Source: Squalus acanthias (Eukaryota). Taken from it: DNA of 64,000 nt. The DNA is taken from positions 8,806,001 through 8,870,000 of the forward strand of contig CM059433.1 in assembly GCA_030390025.1 (NCBI GenBank), in the 5' to 3' direction. Below the pieces are notes generated by a model, which saw only the letters and a program-made list of their open reading frames with translations, was not told where the DNA came from and did not search any database. Position 1 is the stretch's first letter; each line of letters opens with the position of its first letter. This document shows, in pieces, positions 49,533 to 62,089 of the stretch. Position numbers and translations under genes: made by a program.

Positions 49533-52438
49533 GGGCTGGATTTTGTGAATGGAGACGAGTTGGAGGCGGGACTGCTGCTTGTCGGGTCTCAGTCCCGCCT
49601 CCATCATGTCCTGACCAACCAGCGGGATTTTCCCCTGATTGACCTTGTTAAGCCCGCCCAGCGGGCTCAGCAGGCAAAAAATAACAAAAAGATTGATTAA
49701 GAAAGGGAAGATAGATTATGAAAGTAAATTAGCAAAAAATATAAAAACAGATAGTAAGAGTTTTTATAGTTATATAAAAAGAAAAAGGGTGGCTAAAGTA
49801 AATGTTGGTCCCTTAGAGGATGAGACCGGGAAATTAATGGTGGGAAATATGGAGATGGCAAAAACACTGAATGAATATTTTGTATCAGTCTTTACAGTAG
49901 AGGACACTAAGAATATCCCAACACTGGACAAACAGGGGGCTATAGGGGGAGAGGAGCTAAACACGATCAAAATCACTAAGGAAGTGGTACTCGGTAAAAT
50001 AATGGGACTCAAGGCGGATAAATCACCTGGACCTGATGGCTTACATCCTAGAGTCTTGAAGGAAGTGGCGGTAGGGATTGTAGATGCATTGGTAATAATT
50101 TTTCAAAACTCCCTGGATTCCGCTAAGGTCCCGGCAGACTGGAAAACTGCTAATGTAACACCCTTATTTAAAAAGGGCAGTAGACAGAAGGCTGGTAACT
50201 ATAGACCGGTTAGCCTAACATCTGTGGTAGGTAAAATTTTGGAGTCCATTATTAAGGAAACAGTAACAGGACATTTGGATAATCATAATTTAATAGGACA
50301 AAGTCAGCATGGTTTTACGAAGGGGAAGTCATGTTTGACAAATTTGCTGGAGTTCTTTGAGGAAGTAACATATAGAGTGGATAAAGGGGAACCAGTGGAC
50401 GTAGTGTATTTAGACTTCCAAAAGGCATTTGACAAGGTGCCACACAAAAGATTATTGCTTAAGGTAAAAAATCACGGGATTGGGGGTAATATTCTGGCAT
50501 GGATAGAGGATTGGCTATCTAACAGAAAGCAAAGAGTTGGGATAAATGGTTCATTCTCAGACTGGCAATCAGTAACTAGTGGTGTTCCACAGGGGTCAGT
50601 GCTGGGTCCCCAACTCTTCACAATCTATATTAACGATTTGGAGGAAGGGACCAAGTGTAACATATCAAAATTTGCAGATGATACAAAGATGGGAGGGAAA
50701 GTAGTGAGTGAGGAGGACATAAAAAACCTGCAAGGGGACATAGACAGGCTAAGTAAGTGGGCAGAGATTTGGCAGATGGAATACAACACTGGAAAGTGTG
50801 AGGTGATGCACTTTGGCAGGAAAAATCCTAGAGCAATTTATTATCTTAATGGCAAGAAACTGGAGAGTACTGAAGTGCAAAGGGATCTGGGGGTCCTTGT
50901 GCACGAAACTCAAAAGGTTAGTATGCAGGTGCAGCAAGTGATTAAGAAGGCAAATGGAATGTTGGCTTTCATTGCTAGGGGGATAGAATATAAAAATAGG
51001 GAGGTATTGCTTCAGTTGTACAAGGTATTGGTGAGACCGCACCTGGAATACTGCATACAGTTTTGGTGTCCTTACTTAAGGAAAGACATCCTTGCTCTCG
51101 AAGCAGTGCAAAAAAGGTTCACTCGGTTAATCCCGGGGATGAGGGGGTGGTCATATGAGGAGAGGTTGGGTAGATTGGGACTCTACTCATTGGAGTTCAG
51201 AAGAATGAGAGGCGATCTTATTGAAACATATAAGATTGTGAAGGGGTTGGATCGGGTGGATGCGGGGAGGATGTTCCCGATGACGGGTGAGACGAGAACT
51301 AGGGGACATAGTCTTAGAATAAGGGGCTGCTCTTTCAAAACTGAGATGAGGAGGAACTACTTCACTCAGAGGGTGGTAGGTCCATGGAATATGCTGCCAC
51401 AAAAAGCTGTAGAAGCTACAACATTAATTAAATTTAAAACAGAAATAGACAGTTTCCTAGAAGTAAAGGGCATTAAGGGTTACGGGGAGCGGGCAGGAAT
51501 TTGGACATGAGTCTAGGTTCGGATCGGTCATGGCCCTGTGGGTAGTGGAGCGGGCCCAGGGACTGTGTAGCCTGATTCTGCTCCTATTTCGTGTGTGCAA
51601 TTCTGTTAGATTCAGGAGATGGTTCTGTGATAGATAGTAGATTGGCGGTTAGGATCAGATCAGCCATGATCTTATTGAATGGCGGAGCAGGCTCGAGGGG
51701 CCGATTGGCCTACTCCTGCTCCTATTTCTTATGTTCTTATGTTCTTATTAGGGAGGAAGTCACTGACAGAGCACGTCAACGTCTGACGTGCCATCTGTCA
51801 AGACTTCTTGAAAGAAGAAATGTCAGCGTTTGACAGCTCTGTCAAACACTGACATTCTGTGTAGTTTGATGAGTCCTTGTGTTCAGGACTCATCAAACCT
51901 TTCAACTTTGTAGAAAGCAGATGACTGTTGGTTCGGAGGATTCAACAGCCAGTCTGTGAAATCTACAACGAAGATGTCGGGACTCCGGAACCACCACAGC
52001 TGAAGGCTGTAGACAGAAACAAAGGTAGGAGAACATTTTCTAACACTTTACACTCACCTCACATACTTACCACTCCACACTTGCACCCATCACTCACCTC
52101 TACATCTCACTTTAAGGCCCCTCCGACCCCCGCAGACCTCCTACTCGCCTCCTACACCCCGGCAGGGTTCTCCGAGGTCGGGAAGCCTTCACCTGTGAAG
52201 GTTAAATGGCACTAATCCTTTTTCTGCCTGTTAACTACCTGTTAACATGCAGTTAAAAGGATTTAATCCCTTTCCTGCCTCGAGGAGACGGGACCCAAAG
52301 CAGGACATCTTCCCGCCTCCTGGCAAAAGGGCACGGAAGCGGGTTGGGGGCGGGTTTGCCATCCGCCCCCACTTTCTGCAACTTTACCGGCAGTCCCGCC
52401 TCCATACCCGCCTCCTCGGGGCTGAGAAAATCCAGCCC
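49533..52438. mobile_element. Harbinger-type MITE split by a CR1 insertion
   Basis: TIRs gggctggatttt / aaaatccagccc; TSD aaa; the halves join to give the reverse complement of 28961-29814. Confidence 0.85.
49676..51510 (+). CDS. CR1 ORF2 reverse transcriptase (5'-truncated, frame uninterrupted); element extends to about 51746
   Basis: About 610 codons without a stop; NYRPVSLTS, QHGF, YLDFQKAFD, GVPQGSVLGP, FADDTK. Confidence 0.93.
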
Positions 52439-52656
52439 AAAGTGTTATTTGGTGGGAAAATGATGAGATGGGGAGGAAGTGAAACCATTCACTTCCTCTC
52501 TGAGCTCCTGTGCCCACAATTACAATGCAATCTGAATACCCTTATTGCTTACTTTTAATTCTTTTATCCATAATGCCTAGGAAAACATGGCTATTTTATT
52601 GAGATAAGAATCAGGCTTTATTTGTCACTGGCAGTGCTTCTTAATGCGGCAGAATA

Positions 52657-53192
52657 AAGCACAACTCAGGAGTGTGATGGAATACTCTCCACTTGCCTGG
52701 ATGAGTGCAGCTCCAACAACACTCAAGAAGCTCGACACCATCCAGGACAAAGCAGCACGCTTGATTGGCACCCCATCCATCACCTTAAACATTCACTCCC
52801 TCCACCACCGGCGCACCGTGGCTGCAGTGTGTACCATCTACAAGATGCACTGCAGCAACTCGCCAAGGCTTCTTCGGCAGCACCTCCCAAACCCGCGACC
52901 TCTTCCATCTAGAAGGACGAGGGCAGCAGGCGCATTGGAACACCACCACCTGCAAGTTTCCCTTCAAGTCACACACCATCCTGTCTTGGAAATATATCGG
53001 TCGTTCCTTCATCGTCGCTGGGTCAAAATCCTGGAACTCCCTCCCTAACAGCACTGTGGGAGCACCTTCACCACACGGACTGCAGCGGTTCAAGAAGGCG
53101 GCTCACCACCACCTTCTCAAGGGGCAACTAGGGATGGGCAATAAATGCTGGCCTTGCCAGTGGCTCCCACAACCCATAAACGAATTTAAAAA
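52657..53192 (+). mobile_element. Second CR1-clade LINE family, 3' fragment
   Basis: Collinear with 61125-61665. Confidence 0.82.
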
Positions 53193-53741
53193 AAACATCC
53201 TGCCATCCAGATAAAGATCAAGGTCACATTCACCGTCTTCCGTGACTGCCTGGATGTTTGATTCTGCAACTGACTGGAGAGGAGGTGCGTCAGTGGTAGC
53301 AAGTAATCCAGAAGGTTCTGTGAAGTAGGGGGCAGAGAGATAATTAAAACACAAGGAGATTGCTGAGTACTTTAATTAGCTCAGTGTCCCCTATTCAAGC
53401 ATAAAGATCCCTGGATGATTCACTACTGCCATTAATAGATGCATCAGGATCAGCCATTTAAAAAGAAACTTATTTTGCCAAACCCAGCCCACCTTTATCT
53501 CCTCCCGTCCTGAATGCACTGACTCCTGTCATGGTACAGTTCCACAGACGTGAGTCCCTCACACAAGTGGCCATTCTTCATATGTGAGGCTGGACAGTGT
53601 TAGAAGGCTACGCAACCAAGAAGAAAATCATAGTCCAGTCCGATCGCCTCTCCACCTCTCTCCCCTCCTTTCAGACTCTGCTAAAAACCAACCTCTTTGA
53701 CCAAGCATTTGGCCACCTGTCCTAATATCTCCTTCTGTGAC

Positions 53742-54209
53742 TCGGTGGGTAGCACACTCGCCTCTGCAGTCGAGAAGGTTGTGGGTTCACAGTCCCCACT
53801 CCAGGGACTGTGAGCACATAAAGCTAGGCTGACACTCCCAGTGCAGTGCTGAGGGAGTGCCGCACTGTCGGAGGTGCCGTCTTTCAGATGAGAAGTTAAA
53901 CCGAGGCCCCGTCTGCTCTCTCAGGTGGACGTAAAAGGTCCCCATGGGCACTAGTTCGAAAAAGAGCAGGGGAGTTATCCCCGGTGACCTGGGGCCAATA
54001 TTTATCTCTCAACCAACATAACAAAAAAACAGATTATCGGGTCATTCTGACGTAACTGTTTGTGGGAGCTTGCTGTGCGCAAATTGGCTCCTGCGTTTCC
54101 CACACTACAACAGTGACTACACTTCAAAAGTACTTCATTGGCTGTAAAGCGCTTTGAGACGTCCGGTGGTCGTGAAAGGCGCTATAGAAATGCAAGTCTT
54201 TCTTCCTTT
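53742..54209 (+). mobile_element. SacSINE1-like SINE inserted in an L2 tail
   Basis: Deu-domain; L2 3' end on both sides. Confidence 0.85.
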
Positions 54210-55379
54210 CAGTGTCAATTTCTGTCTGGTTAGACTCCTGTGAAGCACCTTGGGACAGTTTACAACGTTAAAGGAGCTATATAAATGGCAGTTGTTGCTG
54301 ATCCTGTTCACAATTGCACACTTTCAACAGAGAGCATCGGAGACCAATCAGGAGCAAAACCTTTGATCCCTCCCCCTCCACCCCCGCCCCCGCCACCCCC
54401 TCCCATCCCAAGTTCAGGAACACTGAGACCAATTATACCACCTTTGCTTCTGTATTAGCTGCGATCAGCTAACTCAGCACAGACAGGCAATTGAACCCGA
54501 GACCTTCTGATGTGTCTGGTTTAGTACCAACCGTGTGACGCATTTACCCAATAATCTGGATCAGTCATTTCTATCATGAATTTTCTATAAATGCTTCCAC
54601 TGTGATTTTTTTTTTAACGTTCCTTTCACTCTTTATTAGAATCCTATTTTTGAGAGGCGGGTTTTGAATTGACTGTAATTAGTCTGTAACTTTTCTGTTC
54701 GACTTGGTTCTGCTGACTCTTTGAGAATTTTGAAATCCGTTCGTAAATCCAAACATATTAACAACCAACTAGACAGCCAATTACAAGCTTGGACTTTGTG
54801 TGAGCATTGAGTGATGTGGTTGTAATGACTGTTTAGTGTGTTGTGTGCTGGAGCACCGAACAATAAGCTGCTTACAGCACAAGATGCCACTTCATTCCCA
54901 GAATGCAGGATTTCGCTACACAATAGTGCCCGTCTCTCAGCCAAGCAGATTAGTTCAATTCAACAATCTGCCGACTAATATGGTAATAAAGAACATTCAG
55001 GCAGGTTTAATACTAAAATTGGGGGAAGGGGGAACTGACCTGTTTAAAGCATGAGCCAATGTGCTTTTTAAGTGGCTCGAGCCTTGCCACAGCATAACAA
55101 AAAAACACTGGAATTTCCATTACTACCATTAGTAAGTTCCTGTCATTACCACACAGTAATGGGAAGCATTAGTATGCCCTAAGCCACCAACAATAAAATA
55201 ATTCCCATTCAGACTGTGGGGAGTTATGGACTCTACCAGACACAACATTGGTGAGCAGAAACCACCCCTATCAGACTCATCATTGGCTCATAGACATGAA
55301 CCCTGTCATAGATCGGTTCTCAGACACGCACTGTAGAATGCCCTGTCTAAAGTTATTGGAGCGTACCCTATTGGATCGG

Positions 55380-55715
55380 CTGTATAAAAATCAGAGATTC
55401 TGCTGATCCATAACCAGGAAAGTCCCAAGTTCGATCCCTGGTCTTCGCTGAGTTAGCTGATCCCATCCAGAGCTGTGGAGGAATGGCTTCAGAGCCCCAG
55501 GTTAGTGAGCAGACTATCGGCTCCCACGCCTGATCATTATGAAGAAGTGCATCGAGGGAGAACGGGAAGGGGCTGGATGCAATCAAATGGTTGTCAACAC
55601 ACTGTTCAGGCTCCCACATAAATAATGGCCAATTGGCAGCCAGCACCAAAGGAGCTGAGCCCCAGCAAGGATTGAAAGTCTTCAAGAGATGAGACAAAAT
55701 TGATGAAGAAAAAAA
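55380..55715 (+). mobile_element. LF-SINE-like element
   Basis: B box gttcgatccc followed by tggtcttcgctgagttagctgatc; 3' aggctcccacataaataatggcca. Confidence 0.55.
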
Positions 55716-56530
55716 AATCAGACACTGAAGATCACTAGGGATAGCTTTCTAACAGTAGATCTTGCTTAAAAATGTACCTTCTGTGATACAATCAGGGTAA
55801 CTGCGTCTAAGTACATCTCGCTAACTAATGTTCCACTTTAATTATTAGTTCCTTGGCCAATCAGATCACACCTTTCCTTTAGCCTAAGTGTAAATATTGT
55901 GTGTGTCATACCTTCTCTGGTAAAAAAAAACACACGATGATCTATTACCTTCTAATGTCATTCACTCCATTAGTAAAGTGCTTTGCTAATTGTTTCTTGC
56001 TCTGCTGAAGTAGATTGTAAATTATTGCTGTTACGGTGATTTCTCCCAATTTTATATTCAGAGAGACAACAGTGGCTTGATTCAATAAACTGCATTTCAC
56101 TGCTTGTTAATATTCTTGACCACGGAGGTGTCTCCACAGGGCACAACACGTTAGGTCTAGCTGAAGAAAGCTGCTCCACTTCAACCGGCACATTAAACTC
56201 TATTTGACAAGATCTCAGCCTGACTGTTCCAGGGCTGCTGTAAATACAAGACAAGAATCTAGCTAGCTAGCAGCTAACCTTTACTGATAAACATAAAACA
56301 AGGTGTGCCGGATGTTTTTTTATATTAATTCATTCTCAGGATGTGGGCGTCGCTGGCCAGGCCGGCATTTATTGCCCCTCCCTAATTGCCCTCGAGAAGG
56401 TGGTGGTGGTGGTGGGCCTTCCTTCTTGAACCGCTGTTAGTGATTTGATATAACTGATCTAACTGATATAACTTGTAATTGATATAACTGCCTTGCGAGG
56501 CCACTTCAGAGGGCAGTTAAGGGTTAACCA

Positions 56531-56889
56531 AAATAACAACAGAAAACGCTGGAGATACTCAGCAGGTCAGGCAGCATCCGTGGAGAGAGAAACAGAGTTA
56601 ACGTTTCAGGTTGAAGACCTTTCGTCAGAACTGGAAAAAAGCAGGAAATGAAATAGATTTAAAGTAAGTATAAAGCTGGGAAAAGGGGGAGGGGATGAAA
56701 GAACAAAAGGAGAGATTAAGAGACATTGAGAGACATTAAGAGATCTTAATCTCTCCTTTTGTTCTTTCATCCCCTCCCCCTTATCCCTCCACGTTCTCTC
56801 TCCACAGATGCTGCCTGGCCTGCTGAGTTTTTCTAGCGTTTTCTGTTGTTATTTCGGATTTCCAGCATCCGCAGTATTTTGCTATCATA
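56531..56889. mobile_element. Inverted Penelope-like family A element
   Basis: TSD taagggttaacca / taagagttaacca; hammerhead at about 56596-56632 (-). Confidence 0.87.
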
Positions 56890-57339
56890 TAAGAGTTAAC
56901 CATGTTGGTGTGGGACTGGAGTCAGATGCAGGCCAGACCAGGAAAGGAGGGCAGGTTTCCTTCCCTCAAGGACATTAGTGAACCAGTTGGGATTTTACGA
57001 TAATCCGACAAGTTCATGTCAATGTTCCCTTTAATTTCTTTTGGGTGCGTGGCCCCTTTAATTTTAAGGGGTTGTGCGCTGGATTCAAAATACCAAGCAT
57101 GCGCGGTTTTTCCTATTTAAAAGCGGGTGAGCCAGCAGCACAGGAGCTCCAGGGGGCCATGGCTCAGGAAACCTGGCAGGTAAAAGGAGCCAAGAAGGTG
57201 GAATCCATGAGGTGAGTGCATTTACAGCACTGCTTGTGGGCCCGGAGGAGCAGCAGTGTTACATCCAGGCCCAACAAGCTAACTTCTTTCAGTCCCCGCG
57301 ATTGTCAACTCCCCAACTGCAGCCACCCCCCCCCCCCCA

Positions 57340-58885
57340 CCGTGATCTCCGACTCCCCTCACCCATTCTCCAACTCCTTCTACATCTCTCCCCCCCACCC
57401 CCCCCGATCTCCGACTCCCCTCACCCAATCTCCGACTCCTCCTACATCTCTCCCCCCCCCACCGTGATCTCCGACTCCCCTCACCCAATCTCCGACTCCT
57501 CCTACATCTCCCCCCCCGCCCCCCCGATCTCCGACTCCCCTCACCCAATCTCCGACTCCTTCTACATCTCCCCCCCGATCTCCGACTCCCCTCACCAAAT
57601 CTCCGACTCCTCCTACATCTCCCCCCTGATCTCCGACTCCCCTCACCCAATCTCCGACTCCTCCTACATCTCCCCCCCGATCTCCGACTCCCCTCACCAA
57701 ATCTCCGACTCCTCCTACATCTCCCCCCGATCTCCGACTCCCCTCACCCAATCTCCGACTCCTCCTACATCTCTCCCCCCGCCCCCCCAATCTCCGACTC
57801 CCCTCACCCAATCTCCGACTCCTCCTACATCTCCCCGCCCCCCCCGATCTCCGACTCCCTTCACCCAATCTCCGACTCCTCCTACATCTCCCCCCTCGCC
57901 CCCCCGATCTCCGACTCCCTTCACCCGATCTCCGACTCCTCCTACATCTCCCCCCTCGCCCCCCCGATCTCCGACTCCCTTCACCCAATCTCCGACTCCT
58001 CCTACATCTCCCCCCCCGATCTCCGACTCCCCTCACCCAATCTCTCACTCCTCCTACATCTCCCCGCCCCCCCGATCTCCGACTCCCTTCACCCAATCTT
58101 CGACTCCTCCTACATCTCCCCCCCGATCTCCGACTCCCCTCACCCAATCTCCGACTCCTCCTACATCTCCCCCCCTGACCCCCCGATCTCCGACTCCCCT
58201 CACCCAATCTCTGACTCCTCCTACATCTCCCCCCCCGCCCCCCTGATCTCCGACTCCCCTCACCCAATCTCCGACTCCTCCTACATCTCCCCCCCGATCT
58301 CCGACTCCCCTCACCCAATCTCCGACTCCTCCTACATCTCTCCCCCCCCCCGTGATCTCCGACTCCCCTCACCCAATCTCCGACTCCTCCTACATCTCCC
58401 CCCCCGCCCCCCCCGATCTCCGACTCCCCTCACCCAATCTCCGACTCCTCCTACATCTCCCCCCCGATCTCCGACTCCCCTCACCCAATCTCCGACTCCT
58501 CCTACATCTCCCCCCCCCGCCCCCCTGATCTCCGATTCCCCTCACCCAATCTCCGACTCCTCCTACATCTCCCCCCCGATCTCCGACTCCCCTCACCAAA
58601 TCTCCGACTCCTCCTATATCTCCCCCCCGATCTCCGACTCCCCTCACCCAATCTCCGACTCCTCCTACATCTCCCCGCCCCCCCGATCTCCGACTCCCTT
58701 CACCCAATCTCCGACTCCTCCTACATCTCCCCCCTCGCCCCCCCGATCTCCGACTCCCTTCACCCAATCTCCGACTCCTCCTACATCTCCCCCCCCGATC
58801 TCCGACTCCCCTCACCCAATCTCCGACTCCTCCTACATCTCCCCCCACCCCCCCGCACCGCCCCCCCCCCCCAATCTCCGACTTC
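57340..58885. repeat. C-rich minisatellite with about 50-60 bp units
   Basis: Unit cgatctccgactcccctcacccaatctccgactcctcctacatctcccc with a variable poly-C linker. Confidence 0.97.
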
Positions 58886-59129
58886 CCCCAACCTCCTATT
58901 ACGATCTCCTACTTACCTGTCAATCAGGCTGGCTGTCGGACGTTAAACCTACTGAAAAAATTTAAAAGACATCCTGCAGTTAAATTCTGCAGGTCGCCCG
59001 GAAATCCTCCCCTCGCCCACCCCCCACCAACCCCCCCCACCCCCGGCCCCCCAACCCACCCCCCCCCCCGCCACCCCCACCCCGCCCCTTCACGGCCCTG
59101 AGTAAATATTGGGGGCTGGCTTTTTATTT

Positions 59130-59800
59130 CCAGGTAGATAAGGTGGTTAAGAAGGCATACGGGATACTTGCCTTTATTAGCTGAGGCATAGAATATAAGA
59201 GCAGGGAGGTTATGCTTGAACTGTCTAAAACACTAGTTAGGCCACAGCTAGAGTATTGCATGCAGTTCTGGTCACCACATTACAGGAAAGATGTGATTGC
59301 ACTAGAGAGGGTGCAGAGGAGATTTACGAGGATGTTGCCAGGACTGGGAAATTTTAGCTATGAGGAATGATTGGATAGGCTGGGGTTTGTTTTCTTTGGA
59401 ACAGAGGAGGCTGAGGGGAGATTTAATTGAGGTGTATAAAATTATGAGGGGCCTAGATAGAGTGGATAGGAAGGATCTATTTCCCTTAGCAGAAGGGTCA
59501 ATAACCAGGAGGCGTAGATTTAAAGTAATTGGGGGAAGGTTTAGAGAGGATTTGAGGAGAAATCTTTTCACACAGAGGGTGGTGGGGGTCTGGAACTCAC
59601 TGCCAGAAAGGGTGGTAGAGGCAGAAACCCTCATCACATTTAAAAAGTACTTGGATGTGCACTTGAAGTGCCGTAACCGACAGGGCTACGGATCAAGAGC
59701 TGGAAAGTGGGGTTAGGGTGGAGAGCTCTTTGTCGGCCGGCACGGACAAGATGGGCCGAATGGCCTCCTTCTGTGCTGTAAATTTCTCTGATTCTATGAT
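59130..59800 (+). mobile_element. CR1 3' fragment
   Basis: Collinear with 30930-31600. Confidence 0.92.
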
Positions 59801-60039
59801 TTGTTAAACTGATTCTCAAACTACCATGGTGGGATTTGGACTCACTTTCTGTGAATTATTAGTCCAGGCCTCTGAATTACTGGTGCAGATATTTGTAGAA
59901 ATGCAAAAACTGCTTGTACATAATATATTCCATATATGTAGGGCAAAAGGTACTTCTTACAACTGAATTATCGTTATACTGGCATTTTCTTATCCTCCTT
60001 TCCAGTTTCCTCTCCTCCTCTCCGGAAGGTGCTCACTGG

Positions 60040-60400
60040 ACCATAGGTTGGCGACTCTCTGCGAACAGAAATACCTCTTGACATTTAACCTAGTTCCTTG
60101 CTTACGTAATTCACATTCATGTCCCCTAGTCCTGCCTAAGCTGTCTAACTCAAATAGCCGATCCACATGGATCGAAACTAATCTTTTTATTATTTTCAAG
60201 ACCTCAATCAAATCCCCTCGAAGTCTGTGCTTTTCCAGAGTAAAAATCCCCAGCTCTCTAGGTCTATCATGGTAACTTAGGGCCTTTAAAGTAGATATCA
60301 ATCTGGCTCTTCTCTGAAGCTTTTCCAAGACCTCTATATCACGCCCCAAGTGAGGAGACCAAAGCTGGAAACACTCCAAGCACTCAATTTGCTTTTGCAA
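60040..60400 (-). mobile_element. Old CR1 fragment
   Basis: LGIFTLEKHRLRGDLIEVLKII. Confidence 0.8.
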
Positions 60401-60684
60401 TAGCCTTGCAACACCGGTTGTGGACATTTAGGGCTGAATTTCTACTTTGAAGAGTGTGCGGGTTTGCGAGCGGGTGGGCCATTAAAAGCGCTGAATTTGA
60501 CAGTGCGTCGGGAAGCCGGCTTCAGCCTGCCAGCTTCCACCTTTAACTCGGGCGCGTGAGTCAGCGCGCCAAAGACCCCCTCGGGAGAGGCGGGCGAGCT
60601 AATTACAGCAGTTTAGAGCACGGTAAGAGGCTGTTAACAGCCCTTTTTTACCTGATGTTGCAGCTTTTACTGGCTGTCCATGGG

Positions 60685-61665
60685 ATTCCTCGGCCCAACC
60701 ATCTTCAGCTGCTTCATCAATGACCTTCCCTCCATCATAAGGTCAGAAATGAGGATGTTCGCTGATGACTGCACAGTGTTCAGCGCCATTCACAACTCCT
60801 CAGATAATGAAGCAGTCCATGCCCGCATGCAGCAAAACCTGGATGACGTTCAGGCTTGGGCTGATAAGTGGCAGGTAACATTCGCACCACAGAAGTGCCA
60901 GGCAATGACTATCTCCAACAAGCGAGAGTCTAATCACCGCCCCTTGACATTCAATGGTATTACCATCACCGAATCCCCCACTATCAACATCCTGGGGGTC
61001 ACCATTGACAAGAAACTTAACTGTACCAGCCACATAAATACTGTGGCAACAAGAGCAGGTCAGAGGTTGGGTATTCTGCAACGAGTGTCTCACCTCCTGA
61101 CTCCCCAAAGCCTTTCCACCATCTACAAGGCACAAGTCAGGAATGTGATGGAATACTCTCGACTTGCCTGGATGAATGCAGCTCCAACAACACTCAAGAA
61201 GCTCGACACCATCCAGTACAAAGCAGCCCGCTTGATTGGCACCCCATCCACCACCTTAAACATTCACTTCCTCCACCACCGGTGTACCGTGGCTGCAGTG
61301 TGTACCACCTACAAGATGCACTGCAGCAACTCGCCAAGGCTTCTTCAGCAGCACCTCCCAAACCTGCGACCTCTACCACCTAGAAGGACAAGGGCAGCAG
61401 GCGCATGGGAACACCACCACCTCCAAGTTCCCCTCCAAGTTAGACACCATCCTGACTTGGAAGTATATCGGCCGATCCTTCATCGTCGCTGGGTCAGAAT
61501 CCTGGAACTCCCTTCCCTAACAGCACTGTGGGAGTACCTTCACCACACGGACTGCAGCGGTTCAAGAAGGCGGCTCACCACCACCTTCTCGAGGACAATT
61601 AGGGATGGGCAATAAATGCCGGCCTTGCCAGCAACGCCCACATCCCGTGAATGAATTTTTAAAAA
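60685..61665 (+). mobile_element. Second CR1-clade LINE family, RT C-terminal fragment
   Basis: LGPTIFSCFINDL, FADDC, WADKWQVTF, ILGVTID. Confidence 0.88.
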
Positions 61666-62089
61666 GCTACCATTGTGCGCATGATCATGTTTCACTGGCT
61701 GCTGGCGTCAAGTCAACATGAGTAATTGTTGTGTGCCATGTGGGCCCTGCGCACTAGAGTTTGAGAGGCCCAGGAGCGGAAGTGTGTGCGTCCCGGGAGC
61801 CCTCAGGTAAGGGCGTAGATTTTTTCCAGATCGGAGGCCTCCGCACGTGGGAAGCCTCCGATCGGAAAATACGGCCCTATATTTTTACCAAATGAGCTTT
61901 TGGAGGAGTCCTAGCTGAACTTTCTCAAAGCAGGTTTGAATTTTAGGCTCTGATAATAATGCACTTTTTATCTCCAGACGTGATTTGAGGTATGCCGTTG
62001 TTATTGCAATGGCACTTGTGTATTATTTTCTGTGTATAAATATTGCTGAAACATCATGCCTTGCAAAATGCTTTAACATGGAACGGGGT

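Noticed and set aside
57212..58848. Long Pro/Ser/Thr-rich and Arg/Gly-rich ORFs
   Set aside because: These result from a stop-poor minisatellite that is open in several frames.
57340..58885. CRISPR-like array
   Set aside because: There are no unique spacers or cas genes, and the context is eukaryotic.
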